Below are positions 41,132 through 50,596 of a stretch of 64,000 bases of DNA, piece by piece (the first letter of the stretch is position 1; the number at the start of each line of letters is the position of its first letter). The stretch spans positions 436 through 64,435 of the forward strand of contig JAMDDD010000009.1 in the NCBI GenBank assembly GCA_023489275.1. Direction: 5' to 3'. The notes beneath the pieces were generated by a model. That model did not search any database. It was not told the origin of the DNA and saw only the letters and a list, made by a program, of their open reading frames with translations. The stretch comes from Actinomycetota bacterium. Its GTDB lineage: Bacteria > Actinomycetota > Thermoleophilia > BMS3ABIN01. A program made the translations under genes and the position numbers.

Positions 41132-41692
41132 ATGAAACTCAAGCTCCTTTTAGCGGCCTTGGCGTCGATCATTGTTTGGGCACTGCTTTCCAGCGCCGCA
41201 ACTGCTCAGACTCAAAACAACGTCGGCCCGTCGCCAACAATTAACCCGACGCATGCTCCTCCTGGAGGCAGTTTTACCATTTCAGTGTATTACAGTTCAG
41301 GTGGCCCAGGCGCGTCTCCCCCTTATTATTACTGGGATCAGTACGATAATACGCACACGAACGCAAACCTGCTAGGCGCCGGCTCCTGGCCATCTACCCC
41401 GCAACAAAACTACACCAGCATCGCAAACCTCACCGTTCCGGCTGATGCTACCGTGGGCCAGCATCAAATTTTGATGTTTCAGCCGGTGTCAGTTGTTACT
41501 GAACCGCCTGTCCCAGGACCAACCTGTGCGAGCTTCACCGTTGACCCGCCTAGCGTCCAGCAAAGCGCCTACAGCAACGCCGCCCCGGCCACAACGCTGC
41601 CTAGCACCGGCTTTTTCCTCCTGATTCCCGCCGCCGGACTGGGCGCCGGCGGGTTGGGCGCAGCCATGCTCAGGCGACGGCGCCGCGGCTAG
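41132..41692 (+). CDS. secreted sortase substrate (LPXTG-type cell-wall anchor)
   Basis: Signal peptide MKLKLLLAALASIIVWALLSSAATA; C-terminal LPSTG + hydrophobic stretch + RRRRRG. Confidence 0.7.
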   Translation: MKLKLLLAALASIIVWALLSSAATAQTQNNVGPSPTINPTHAPPGGSFTISVYYSSGGPGASPPYYYWDQYDNTHTNANLLGAGSWPSTPQQNYTSIANLTVPADATVGQHQILMFQPVSVVTEPPVPGPTCASFTVDPPSVQQSAYSNAAPATTLPSTGFFLLIPAAGLGAGGLGAAMLRRRRRG

Positions 41693-41839
41693 ATCAGAAA
41701 CATACTACCTGGCTTCAGGGTGGCCTCCTTAAATAATTTAGCCGGGGTGAAAATAAGAGAACCTTTGATGCGCTGAGTCAACCAGGTATTTAAGATAGAT
41801 AAGCTCGAATTGACCTGGCCTGGTAATAGTGGACACTCA

Positions 41840-42491
41840 GCTAAGCCGCTTTTCCAAGATACCACATTTCCTCAAACTGACGGGGGCTGACATATCCCAG
41901 CTAGGAATGCAGCCTTTTTGAGTTGTAGAACATTTCCAGATAATCAACGATATCTCTTTTGGCTTCTTCCCTGGTCTGGTAGCTTCGCCAGGATACCCGT
42001 TCCGTCTTGAGGGTACCGAAGAAGCTCTCCGCCACGGCGTTATCCCAGCAATCGCCTTTGCGGCTCATGCTGGAGACGGCGCCGGACTGTTTCAGCAGTT
42101 TCTGAAACTCGTGGCCGCAGTACTGGGAGCCCCGGTCGCTGTGCAGGATAAGGCCGTCCGCCGGCCGCCGGCGCCAGATGGCCATCTGAAAGGCGTCCAT
42201 GACCAGCTCCTGGGTAATGCGACCGCTCATGGCCCAGCCCACCACCTGGCGGGAGAACAGGTCCAGGACCGTTGCCAGATAGAGCCAGCCTTCACGGGTC
42301 CATACGTATGTGATGTCCGAGACCCAGGTACGGTTGGGCGCCGCCACTTCAAAGTCACGGTTAAGCAGATCGGAGCCAACCGCCACGAGGATCTGGTTTA
42401 GCGCCGTTTCGGCAAGACCCTGAAGACCACTGTCGCTTACCAGCAGCTCTTTAACTTGCTCGCCGTTCAGGTTAATCTGATACGCGGTCAT
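41840..42491 (-). mobile_element. IS3-family transposase OrfB (DDE integrase core) with in-frame TAG, no OrfA present
   Basis: ...[14 protein letters not shown]...HSDRGSQY... DDE region; RLHS-TAG-LGYVSP interruption; upstream region lacks OrfA. Confidence 0.75.
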
Positions 42492-42704
42492 CGCTTCCTC
42501 CTATAGTTGGCTTCTTGCTCGAAACCAATCTATCGGAAAAGCGATGGCCGTTTCTACAACCCAGGCTTGGAATTTACAGCAGTATAGGGGCACGACCCTT
42601 GTGGCAAGTGATCGTCTGCATATTTTTGACATTTCGCCTATAATGGCCATATCATGAATGCACCATTTTTTTTCTTCTTGTAACGTAGGCAGACTGACAG
42701 GTGC

Positions 42705-44831
42705 TTGCCGCGGAGGCGGATTCTTGTGAGTAATCTGCAACATACCGCGACTGAAACTGTGCCCGCTTCCCGAAGCGGCCTCGCGCTGGACCTGTTCAAC
42801 CGTGTCCGTGCTTCTCTCCAGAGTCCCGCGCTGGTGGGCGAAGGCGGAGCGCGCGTCCGTTACTTGCGCGTGCAGTGGTGGGTTACCTTCTGGCGCTTCC
42901 TCATCCTGCTGCAAATCCCCGAGGTCACTCTGGTGCAGCCCGGCCGCTTTGAGTCGCTTCCCCGCGCCTACATTCTGATGGCAGTGGCCGCGGCATACGC
43001 CGCTGTCAATTACCTGATCGCGACGCGGACCCGGGCCGGTGGCAGGCTGGCCTTCCACCTGATGGATCTTGGGGTCTGTTCGGCGCTGCTGCTGCTGGCA
43101 GCCGGCGACGACAAGCTGCTGTTTGTGATGACATTTTACTCGTTCTCGAGCCTGCTGGCGCGCCCAACTGTGCTGTTCCGCGAGATGGTGCCGGCTACCG
43201 CCGCGCTCAGCATTGCTTTTCTCGCGGCCTACTGGCTCCAGGGCCAGAGCCCCCGCAATCTGCTTGGCTCTCCCAGCGAGCTCGACAGCTTTATGCTCTA
43301 CTTTTTTTTCGGAATCGGTTTTGTGGGCTTCTCAGCCGTGCTCCGGCGCGCCAGCTCACTTGAGCTGGACTCGCATCTCGAAGAGCAGCGGCAAAGATAC
43401 CGCCGTCACCTTCACGACGACCTGGGCAACACGCTGTGCGGGCTTCACTTCCGGATTCAGAGTCTGTGGCAGATATCAGAATCTGCTGAACTGGGCAGAG
43501 CGCTCCGGTTTTTAGCAGAAGGATATGGACGAGCTGCCAGCGTTCTCTCGCGTCTGCTGAGCGGTCTGGAGGACAGGCCAGTTGACAACCTCACCGAGGC
43601 TCTCGTCCGGCTTAAAGCTGAAACGGATCAGGGCGGCGGCCCCTCTCTGCGGCTCCAGGTCCCGGTGAATCCAGTGCGACTCAGCCCGGAGGTCGGATAC
43701 GAAATTATGGCAGTGATCAGCGAGGCTGTCAACAACGCAAAAAAGCACGCTGGCGTTTCTGAGACCACTTTGCAGGTCAGGAAAAGGCTGGGAAAGCTCC
43801 GCATTACAGTTTCCGACGAAGGTAACGGTTTCAATGATGACGAGCTGCAAGTGAGGCAGTCAGCCGGCAGCAAGGGCATCAAAGGAATGTATGAGCGGGC
43901 CGCCCTGATCAAAGGCCGTCTGGAGATAGAGAGCGGCAAGAGACGCGGCACCCGGGTGACGCTGAAAGTTGACGCCAACCGTGGCAACGGGATCTTCAGC
44001 CGCGTTCTTGACTACGACCCCGAGCGCTCCCTGAGCGGCATCTATCCGTTCCTGGTGAGGCTGCGCTTTTTCATGCTGGTCTGGACCCTTATCGGGATCG
44101 CCCTGGTGCCGGACAGTCACCGGGAGAACCTGCTGCTGTTCGCGGTCTGCGCCGGCCTGGTACTCGACGGCTTGGCCTGGGTGGTGCTCAGTTCACCCCT
44201 GTTTCGCATCATCGGCAAGCGGCCCTGGCTGCTGCTGCTTGAGAGCGCCGGTTTCTCCATCCTCGCTTATCTTGTGATGCAGGACAATGTTCCCTATTTC
44301 TTTTCGCTTTATGTAGGTGTGGCCGTCATCATGAACGGCCTCTTTCTCGACGCGATGAAGAACCTGGCTATGACGCTGTTCCTGAACGCCGGCATCGTGA
44401 CAGCGTATCACCTGGCGCCGGCGGCGCTCGTGGCAACTTTTCCCGGCGGGCGCCTGGAGACACCGCTGCAGCATTCGACGATTTACGTCGTCCTGGCCGT
44501 GTCGGCCGGGCTTGCCGGCGAGTTTGTCAAGAATCTGGAAAGCCTGCAGATCAAGGCCATCGCCCGTGTTCTGGCCAGGCAGAGACTAAACATGACGGCT
44601 GAGACTCATCGTCAACTTGATTCTCTGGTAACGGGAATCAGACAGGAGTTTCAGGAGCTTTCAGCGGAAACAACCGGGTCTCTGGACAGCCACAGACTCA
44701 GGGGAATAGAGTCACGCTCCAGTTATCTCAAGACCAGGCTCCGCTCGATTCTGATATCGCTTGACGAACCATTGGAGGCCGTTGACATCACCGGTGATTT
44801 GGGGGTAAGCCCCGGTGACGGCACCGCGTAA
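42705..44831 (+). CDS. sensor histidine kinase (HisKA_3 family) with N-terminal and additional C-terminal membrane domains
   Basis: H-box RRHLHDDLGNTLCGL, HATPase_c (EAVNNAKKHAG...VSDEGNGF...GIKGMYERA); ~6 TM before and ~6 TM after the catalytic core; TTG/GTG start. Confidence 0.75.
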   Translation: MPRRRILVSNLQHTATETVPASRSGLALDLFNRVRASLQSPALVGEGGARVRYLRVQWWVTFWRFLILLQIPEVTLVQPGRFESLPRAYILMAVAAAYAAVNYLIATRTRAGGRLAFHLMDLGVCSALLLLAAGDDKLLFVMTFYSFSSLLARPTVLFREMVPATAALSIAFLAAYWLQGQSPRNLLGSPSELDSFMLYFFFGIGFVGFSAVLRRASSLELDSHLEEQRQRYRRHLHDDLGNTLCGLHFRIQSLWQISESAELGRALRFLAEGYGRAASVLSRLLSGLEDRPVDNLTEALVRLKAETDQGGGPSLRLQVPVNPVRLSPEVGYEIMAVISEAVNNAKKHAGVSETTLQVRKRLGKLRITVSDEGNGFNDDELQVRQSAGSKGIKGMYERAALIKGRLEIESGKRRGTRVTLKVDANRGNGIFSRVLDYDPERSLSGIYPFLVRLRFFMLVWTLIGIALVPDSHRENLLLFAVCAGLVLDGLAWVVLSSPLFRIIGKRPWLLLLESAGFSILAYLVMQDNVPYFFSLYVGVAVIMNGLFLDAMKNLAMTLFLNAGIVTAYHLAPAALVATFPGGRLETPLQHSTIYVVLAVSAGLAGEFVKNLESLQIKAIARVLARQRLNMTAETHRQLDSLVTGIRQEFQELSAETTGSLDSHRLRGIESRSSYLKTRLRSILISLDEPLEAVDITGDLGVSPGDGTA

Positions 44832-44894
44832 CCTCTCACGGTGGCCATCTTGACAAACTCAGTCCGGGCCCATATGCTGCCAATCATTACATAG

Positions 44895-45080
44895 CTTCAG
44901 CCTGTGAGTCGCTGAAAGGCGCTTGAGGGAAACCGGTGAAATACCGGTGCGGTCCCGCCACTGTAACTGGAAGCTTTGCGTGTAGTCGGTCCCGTTCGGA
45001 TCGAGTCACTGGGTAATAAACCCGGGAAGGCTAGCAGCAAAGCAAAATCCAGAAGCCAGGAGACCTGCTCACAGGCTCTA
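44895..45080 (+). promoter_or_regulatory. cobalamin (AdoCbl) riboswitch
   Basis: Conserved core GGGAAACCGGTGAAATACCGGTGCGGTCCCGCCACTGT and B12-box AGCCAGGAGACCTGC (45054-45068) upstream of cbiM. Confidence 0.8.
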
Positions 45081-45196
45081 GTCAAGAAACTCTCCGAGGA
45101 GGGAGTGGCTAGGGTTCTGCATCGGCCTTATCTATTAAGCCTCCTTCTTCGGAAGGGGGCTTTGGTCATGTATAGGCAGCGACGTCAGGAGGCAGT

Positions 45197-45883
45197 ATGC
45201 ACATCGAAGACGGTATTTTACCGCCGGAGGCTTGGGGAACATGGTACGGAATTGCGGTCCTGTTTGTGCTACCAGGGCTGCGCGAAATAAGGCGGCGGAC
45301 GCGGGAAGCCCTGTCATACAAGCCCTTGCTGGCGATGGTCGGGGTCGCCGTATTTGTGATTTCAGCGATGCACCTGCCCGTACCCGTGACGGGCTCCTGT
45401 TCCCATCCAGTCGGCACGCCGCTGGCCGCAATCATTGTCGGTCCCTTCGCCACGGTCGTAATTACTACCATCGTCCTTTTTTTCCAGGCTATCTTCCTGG
45501 GGCACGGCGGCATCACCACCATTGGCGCCAACACTTTTTCGATGGGCATCGTCGGCGGTATCGGCGGCTACCTCTGCTGGAAAATGATGCGCTCATTTCG
45601 AAGCCCTATCTGGCTTGCCGCTGGCCTCGCTGGCCTTGCCGGCGATCTGCTCACTTACGTGACCAGTGCCTTTGAGCTGGCCTGGAGCCTGCATGGCAAC
45701 GTTTCCTTGTTTCATCAGTGGCTCGTCTTCTTCATGGGCTATGGACCGACCCAGATTCCGCTTGCCATCGGTGAGGCGGTTTTTAGCGCCGCCGTGCTTC
45801 AGGTTATGTTTAATCGCCGCCCTGATTTGTTGTACAGGATCAAGCTTGCCAGGGAGGCGAAGGTTAATGTTGCCGGTATCTAG
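45197..45883 (+). CDS. cbiM: cobalt ECF transporter substrate-capture component CbiM
   Basis: Characteristic N-terminus MHIEDGIL; 228 aa polytopic; AGGAGG RBS. Confidence 0.85.
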   Translation: MHIEDGILPPEAWGTWYGIAVLFVLPGLREIRRRTREALSYKPLLAMVGVAVFVISAMHLPVPVTGSCSHPVGTPLAAIIVGPFATVVITTIVLFFQAIFLGHGGITTIGANTFSMGIVGGIGGYLCWKMMRSFRSPIWLAAGLAGLAGDLLTYVTSAFELAWSLHGNVSLFHQWLVFFMGYGPTQIPLAIGEAVFSAAVLQVMFNRRPDLLYRIKLAREAKVNVAGI

Positions 45884-46250
45884 AAAACAGGCTTCGGGCC
45901 AAGTCGCCGTCCAGGAGAGTTGGTTCGACCCCTTCACCAAGACCATGCTAACGATAATGCTGGTGCTCCTTATGTTTATTTTCGCCGCTGCCTATTACAT
46001 GGATAGCCATCATATGGCGGCCGGTGGCACTGATGACGCGGTCAACAACATTGCAACTAAGGTATCAAACGACCAGCATCATCCCTTTATAGAACTGCCG
46101 GGAGATGCGCAGGTTGGCGCTTTCTCGGTCGCCAATCTCTTTGTCGGCCTCATTATCGGCCATTCCTGGCATAAACTATTTCCGGCTCGCGAGTCTGAAA
46201 CTGAACCAGACGCCGGGGAAAGGGAAGGCATTGCAAATCACGACGATTGA
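45867..46250 (+). CDS. cbiN: cobalt transport protein CbiN
   Basis: 127 aa with N- and C-terminal TM helices; ATG 45867 overlaps cbiM end (longer ORF in track is an upstream extension). Confidence 0.65.
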   Translation: MLPVSRKQASGQVAVQESWFDPFTKTMLTIMLVLLMFIFAAAYYMDSHHMAAGGTDDAVNNIATKVSNDQHHPFIELPGDAQVGAFSVANLFVGLIIGHSWHKLFPARESETEPDAGEREGIANHDD

Positions 46251-47010
46251 CAGGATCGCCTCCGGCGATACATTTTTCCATCGCCTCGATGGCAGGGTAA
46301 AAACCGTGCTGCTTCTCGTGGCGATCGTCGTTTCCACTGTTATTAATCACTGGTACCTGCTGGCCGGCATCTGGCTGACGGCACTGGTGCTTTTTCATTC
46401 CCTGCGACTCTCCTGGCGTCTTCTTATTCGGCGGCTCTACATTCCCTTTGGCATCGCCTGGCTTGTATTCCTCGATCTTGCCTTCACCAACGGTAGCCAT
46501 CCACTGCTCGGCTTTTCCGTCGGTCCGGTGACGCTCACAGCCTACCGGGAAGGGCTGTGGCTGGGTTTTCTCATCGCGCTGCGCATAATGGCAGCGGTGA
46601 CTCTGGGCAGCGTTCTCACCTTCAGCACTCCCATGATTGAAATACTGGAAACTTTACGCTTGTGCAAGCTGCCCGGTTTTATTGTTGACCTGGCGGCGAT
46701 GATGTACCGCTATGTTTTTGTTCTGGAAGAAACGGCGCGCAATATGCGGCGTTCGCAGCTAAGCCGCATGGGCGCCAGCGCCGGCTGGCTGCAACAGGCG
46801 AGCGACATGGGCCGGGTCGGCGGCCTTGTTTTGACAAAGTCTCTGGACCGAAGCACGATGATTTACAAAGCCATGCTGGCGCGAGGCTACGACGAAAATA
46901 GCATCGGCGCAACTTATTTCACCAGCCCGGTACCGGCATCCGAACGCGGGCTTGGCATAATGACGGTCTTTCTGCTGGTTTCACTGCTGATTTTCGACAT
47001 CTTTTTTTAG
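46231..47010 (+). CDS. cbiQ: cobalt ECF transporter T component CbiQ
   Basis: Polytopic, conserved ECF-T C-terminal ARG..R motif region (ARNMRRSQLSRMGAS); likely TTG 46231 start (track ORF begins 46105). Confidence 0.7.
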   Translation: MQITTIDRIASGDTFFHRLDGRVKTVLLLVAIVVSTVINHWYLLAGIWLTALVLFHSLRLSWRLLIRRLYIPFGIAWLVFLDLAFTNGSHPLLGFSVGPVTLTAYREGLWLGFLIALRIMAAVTLGSVLTFSTPMIEILETLRLCKLPGFIVDLAAMMYRYVFVLEETARNMRRSQLSRMGASAGWLQQASDMGRVGGLVLTKSLDRSTMIYKAMLARGYDENSIGATYFTSPVPASERGLGIMTVFLLVSLLIFDIFF

Positions 47011-47019
47011 CGGGTAAAC

Positions 47020-47883
47020 ATGGAACTTATCAACGCCTCGGGCGTCAGCTTTGTCTATAGCGATGGCCAGCAGGCCCTGAAAAATATTGACCTCTCCATA
47101 AATAGTGGCGAAAAGGTTGCTGTCCTCGGCCCCAATGGCGCGGGCAAATCCACGCTTTTTCAGTTATTCAACGGCCTCCTGACAGCCTCAACCGGAACGA
47201 TCACGGTAAAGGGCCTGCCTGTCCGCAGGGAAAACTACCGGGAAATTCGCACCATCGTCGGCATGGTCTTTCAGGATCCCGATGACCAGCTTTTTAATTC
47301 CACCGTTCGCCAGGAGATCGCTTACGGGCTCAAGAACGTGGGCGTCAAGGACGAGGAGCTGGAATGCGCAATTTCCTGGACCCTCGAAATCGTAGGCCTG
47401 CGCGGCTACGAAACAAAAGGCCCGCATCATTTAAGCGGGGGCGAGAAGAAGCGGGTCGCGCTGGCCAGCGTCCTGGCCATGCGGCCGGAAATCCTGGTTC
47501 TTGATGAGCCGACCGCATCGCTGGATCCGATGGGCGCGAGCAGGCTGATCGATCTGCTCGGTTCCATTAACCGGGAGCTTGGAATTACCGTGATATTTGC
47601 GACTCATGATGTGGACATCGTCCCCCTGCTGGCGGACCGGATTTATCTTTTAAGCAAAGGTGAAATCGTGCTAAGTGGTGACACGTCTGAGATATTTGCC
47701 AATAAGGAAATTATCAGGCAAATCTCGCTGCGCCTGCCCCGGGTTGCGCATCTGGCGGAGCTGCTCAAGCGGGACGGGGTCATCGAGACTGATGCTCTGC
47801 CTCTTACCATTGGCCAGGCCAGGCGGATTTATTTATCCGAACACCTTTCCGCCGCGCCAAGAAGTCTGACAGAAGAAAAATAA
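47020..47883 (+). CDS. cbiO: cobalt ECF transporter ATPase CbiO
   Basis: Walker A GPNGAGKST, signature LSGGEKKRVALASVL, Walker B LVLDEPTASLD. Confidence 0.85.
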   Translation: MELINASGVSFVYSDGQQALKNIDLSINSGEKVAVLGPNGAGKSTLFQLFNGLLTASTGTITVKGLPVRRENYREIRTIVGMVFQDPDDQLFNSTVRQEIAYGLKNVGVKDEELECAISWTLEIVGLRGYETKGPHHLSGGEKKRVALASVLAMRPEILVLDEPTASLDPMGASRLIDLLGSINRELGITVIFATHDVDIVPLLADRIYLLSKGEIVLSGDTSEIFANKEIIRQISLRLPRVAHLAELLKRDGVIETDALPLTIGQARRIYLSEHLSAAPRSLTEEK

Positions 47884-47895
47884 GCGGCGCCGGTT

Positions 47896-48903
47896 TTAAT
47901 CGCCGCTTATTTTCTTCCAGCTATAACCGGCGTTGTTGCTGTCAATAATCGTCTGCCCGTCGCCCACAGCGATCACATCGGTGAGGGTGGGGAAGCCGAT
48001 TGAGCGCAGGGACCGTTCGGAAACAGAAGATATCACCGTCCAGTTTGTCCCTCCGTCCGCCGACCGGAGGACAGAACCACTCCAGGTGACCGCGACCAGG
48101 CTCTGGTTATTCACCGCTCTCATGGAAAGAATATCATCCTTGGTGTCACTGGCCTCAATCGTATTGGACTCCATCATCCAGTCCTTGCCGCCATTATAAG
48201 TTTTCATGATTGTGCCGGCCTCGCCGGCAACCAGGGCCGTATTCGGATCAATCGCGGCGACCGTAAACAGGTGTTTTGATCCGGGAACAGCGATCATCGT
48301 CCAGCTGGCTCCTCCGTCGGTGGATTTATAGACGTGGCCGCTCGTGGCGACGATCAGGCCGATGTTGTCCGAGAAGCTGATGTCATTCAGAACGTCATGC
48401 GGGTCCGTTGGCGCGTTCAGCTCAGTCCATGTAAGACCGCCATTGGTGGTCCGGATGACCGTTCCCGACCAGCCGACGGCCACGGCAGATCTTCCGCCGC
48501 TCCAGGCAACCTTGTTGAGGGTATTGCCGGTTGGGGATTTCACCGGCTTCCAGGAAGAGCCGCCGTCCGTCGAGCGAATTATGTTTCCGGCGGAGCCGAC
48601 AGCCACCGCTGTGCGCCCGTTGATAAAAGCTACCGAGTTGAGGTCTGCCGTCTGTGATGTCCGGACCGGTTTCCAGGAGGAGCCCATATCGGTCGATTTT
48701 AAAATGGCGCCTTCCCAGCCGGAGATCAGTCCCAGATTCGGTGAGAAAAAGGCAACATCGGTATAGATGCGCTGCAATGGAGGTCTACTGCTTTGTTCGG
48801 TGGCCGTTGTAGACGGTGTCTGCGACGATTGGCCACATCCGGACAGAAAAACTGCCGTGGAAGCAAGAAGCAAGACAAAAGCAACACTGATTCTTGGCCG
48901 CAA
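47896..48903 (-). CDS. BNR/Asp-box repeat lipoprotein (Ycf48-like beta-propeller)
   Basis: Lipobox LSGC; seven S/T-x-D/N-G-G-x-x-W repeats (STDMGSSW, STDGGSSW, TTNGGLTW, STDGGASW, TYNGGKDW, SADGGTNW, SNNAGYSW). Confidence 0.7.
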   Translation of the reverse strand: MRPRISVAFVLLLASTAVFLSGCGQSSQTPSTTATEQSSRPPLQRIYTDVAFFSPNLGLISGWEGAILKSTDMGSSWKPVRTSQTADLNSVAFINGRTAVAVGSAGNIIRSTDGGSSWKPVKSPTGNTLNKVAWSGGRSAVAVGWSGTVIRTTNGGLTWTELNAPTDPHDVLNDISFSDNIGLIVATSGHVYKSTDGGASWTMIAVPGSKHLFTVAAIDPNTALVAGEAGTIMKTYNGGKDWMMESNTIEASDTKDDILSMRAVNNQSLVAVTWSGSVLRSADGGTNWTVISSVSERSLRSIGFPTLTDVIAVGDGQTIIDSNNAGYSWKKISGD

Positions 48904-48951
48904 AAAACCTCCAACGATTGGGCGAAAAAGAAGTAGGATAATTTTAACAGG

Positions 48952-50298
48952 TTACCGGTTTTGGACAAAGACCGGCAGCGGGCCAGGCTTGATATCCGCC
49001 GCTTCAGCAACGGTTTTTGAGCCGTCAATTCCGGTGATCGTGACGGGTCCGGTCAGGTCCGGGGGAACTCCGGAGCCAGCCGCGGCCCAGATGATGAAGA
49101 CCGGCTGCCTCCCATCACTGAAAGTGAACTTGTAATCCCCCAGGCCCAACTGCTGCGCTGCAACGGCACCGGCTGTCTCAGCCACCATCGTCCGGTAAGC
49201 GTAGAATGCTTCTTTTTTAGTGCCAGGCTTGATTCCGGCGGCGGCCTCCTGTCCCATCCCGTTGTAAACCAGTCCCGCATGATCATAGAAATTGCCGGGG
49301 TCATTCGCGTAGCTGAAATTTTCATATGGCCGCGCCCAGGAAACCCGGGAAACACCGGCGCCAAGCATGGTGCAAAACCGCTCGATCAGATCGGCCGCCT
49401 GCTGAGCTTCGGTTTGCCTGGGAGAACCCGGGGGCCAGTTTGGCTGGCTTGTAGTTGTGGCTGTTTCCGTCACCCAGATGCTGGTGACACGCTCGATGCC
49501 CAGAGAGCCAAGCAACTCCCGGTATGAGTCCAGCGAGTCCAGAATTGCCTGATCATCCCCGCTATTTCCGTAATAATGAAGATCGAAGATATCAAACGGA
49601 TGTTCGCCGTGAGGCGTATCCTGAATGATCTCTGCAACGATGCGGCGGTATACCGTCAGCGCCCTCGTAGGGCTGCCCTGCCCCGGATAGAGAGCCGCGA
49701 CCCCGGCAAGCGCTATCCGGCAAGAGGGGCAGGCGGTCAGAACAGCTTTTCTGGCGGCTGTGAAAAAACGGGGGAAGTCTCCGGGATTGCTCCAGGAGAG
49801 GTTTGGCTCATTGCCGATCTGCCAGGTAGTGATCCAGGGATAGGATGACACCAGCTGCTGGGTTTCCCGTTGAAATTTTACCAGATTTGTGGGAGTTGAG
49901 CCATTGATCGGCCGGATGCAGCCAAGCACGTCCAGCCCCTCCCGATGGATGCGGTTCAGGTAATCAGATGGCTCCTGATAATTCCAGCCGTTAAAGATAA
50001 AGTCCAGCCGCACCCAGCTGGCGCCGAGGTCTTTGACCAGCGAGAGTGAATAATCCTGATATTCCGCGAGAGAATTCATCCCCAGCGCCGCCAGCATGGC
50101 CTGGCCGGCGCTGGTGGGAACGTCATCAAGAGTGCCGGGACTATAGATTCCATAAGGTGAACCCTTGATCTTCGCCGGCGGCGAGGAATAATCATCCGGA
50201 CCGGATCCCCTCGCTAAAAAATTGAAAGAGAGGAAACCTCCGCCAGTGATGGCAATCACGATCACCGCGACAGTTATCTTCCAATGTAAAAAAGTCAT
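48952..50298 (-). CDS. secreted glycoside hydrolase, clan GH-A (GH5-like)
   Basis: N-terminal anchor, (beta/alpha)8-type motifs including catalytic WQIGNEPN; C-terminal extra domain. Confidence 0.55.
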   Translation of the reverse strand: MTFLHWKITVAVIVIAITGGGFLSFNFLARGSGPDDYSSPPAKIKGSPYGIYSPGTLDDVPTSAGQAMLAALGMNSLAEYQDYSLSLVKDLGASWVRLDFIFNGWNYQEPSDYLNRIHREGLDVLGCIRPINGSTPTNLVKFQRETQQLVSSYPWITTWQIGNEPNLSWSNPGDFPRFFTAARKAVLTACPSCRIALAGVAALYPGQGSPTRALTVYRRIVAEIIQDTPHGEHPFDIFDLHYYGNSGDDQAILDSLDSYRELLGSLGIERVTSIWVTETATTTSQPNWPPGSPRQTEAQQAADLIERFCTMLGAGVSRVSWARPYENFSYANDPGNFYDHAGLVYNGMGQEAAAGIKPGTKKEAFYAYRTMVAETAGAVAAQQLGLGDYKFTFSDGRQPVFIIWAAAGSGVPPDLTGPVTITGIDGSKTVAEAADIKPGPLPVFVQNR

Positions 50299-50596
50299 AA
50301 TTTTCCTCAGCCTCTCCGGCTGGCGTGTCTGCCGGCCGGCTCCAGCGCCTTCGCCTGCTTTAGGAAGTTCCCCATAAATAGTCTACCAGTCTACCCTTTG
50401 GCGGTCACGAACAATTCCCGGACCATCGGCGCTTGCTGCGAGCATTCACGGCAAGCAAATATAGACCGTTTCTGGTTGCTTAAGCGTACCCGGCAATATG
50501 CCGATGTTCCCTCCGGAAGCGGTTTTTTTTCGGTTTTTCTCCCGGGGAGGAATACCGGCCCAGGGGTGCCTTCCAGGCCGGGGGCAAGGACAGCAA

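Noticed and set aside
45666-45866. Upstream extension of the cbiN ORF
   Set aside because: It lies inside cbiM; ATG 45867 gives a protein of the expected size and topology.
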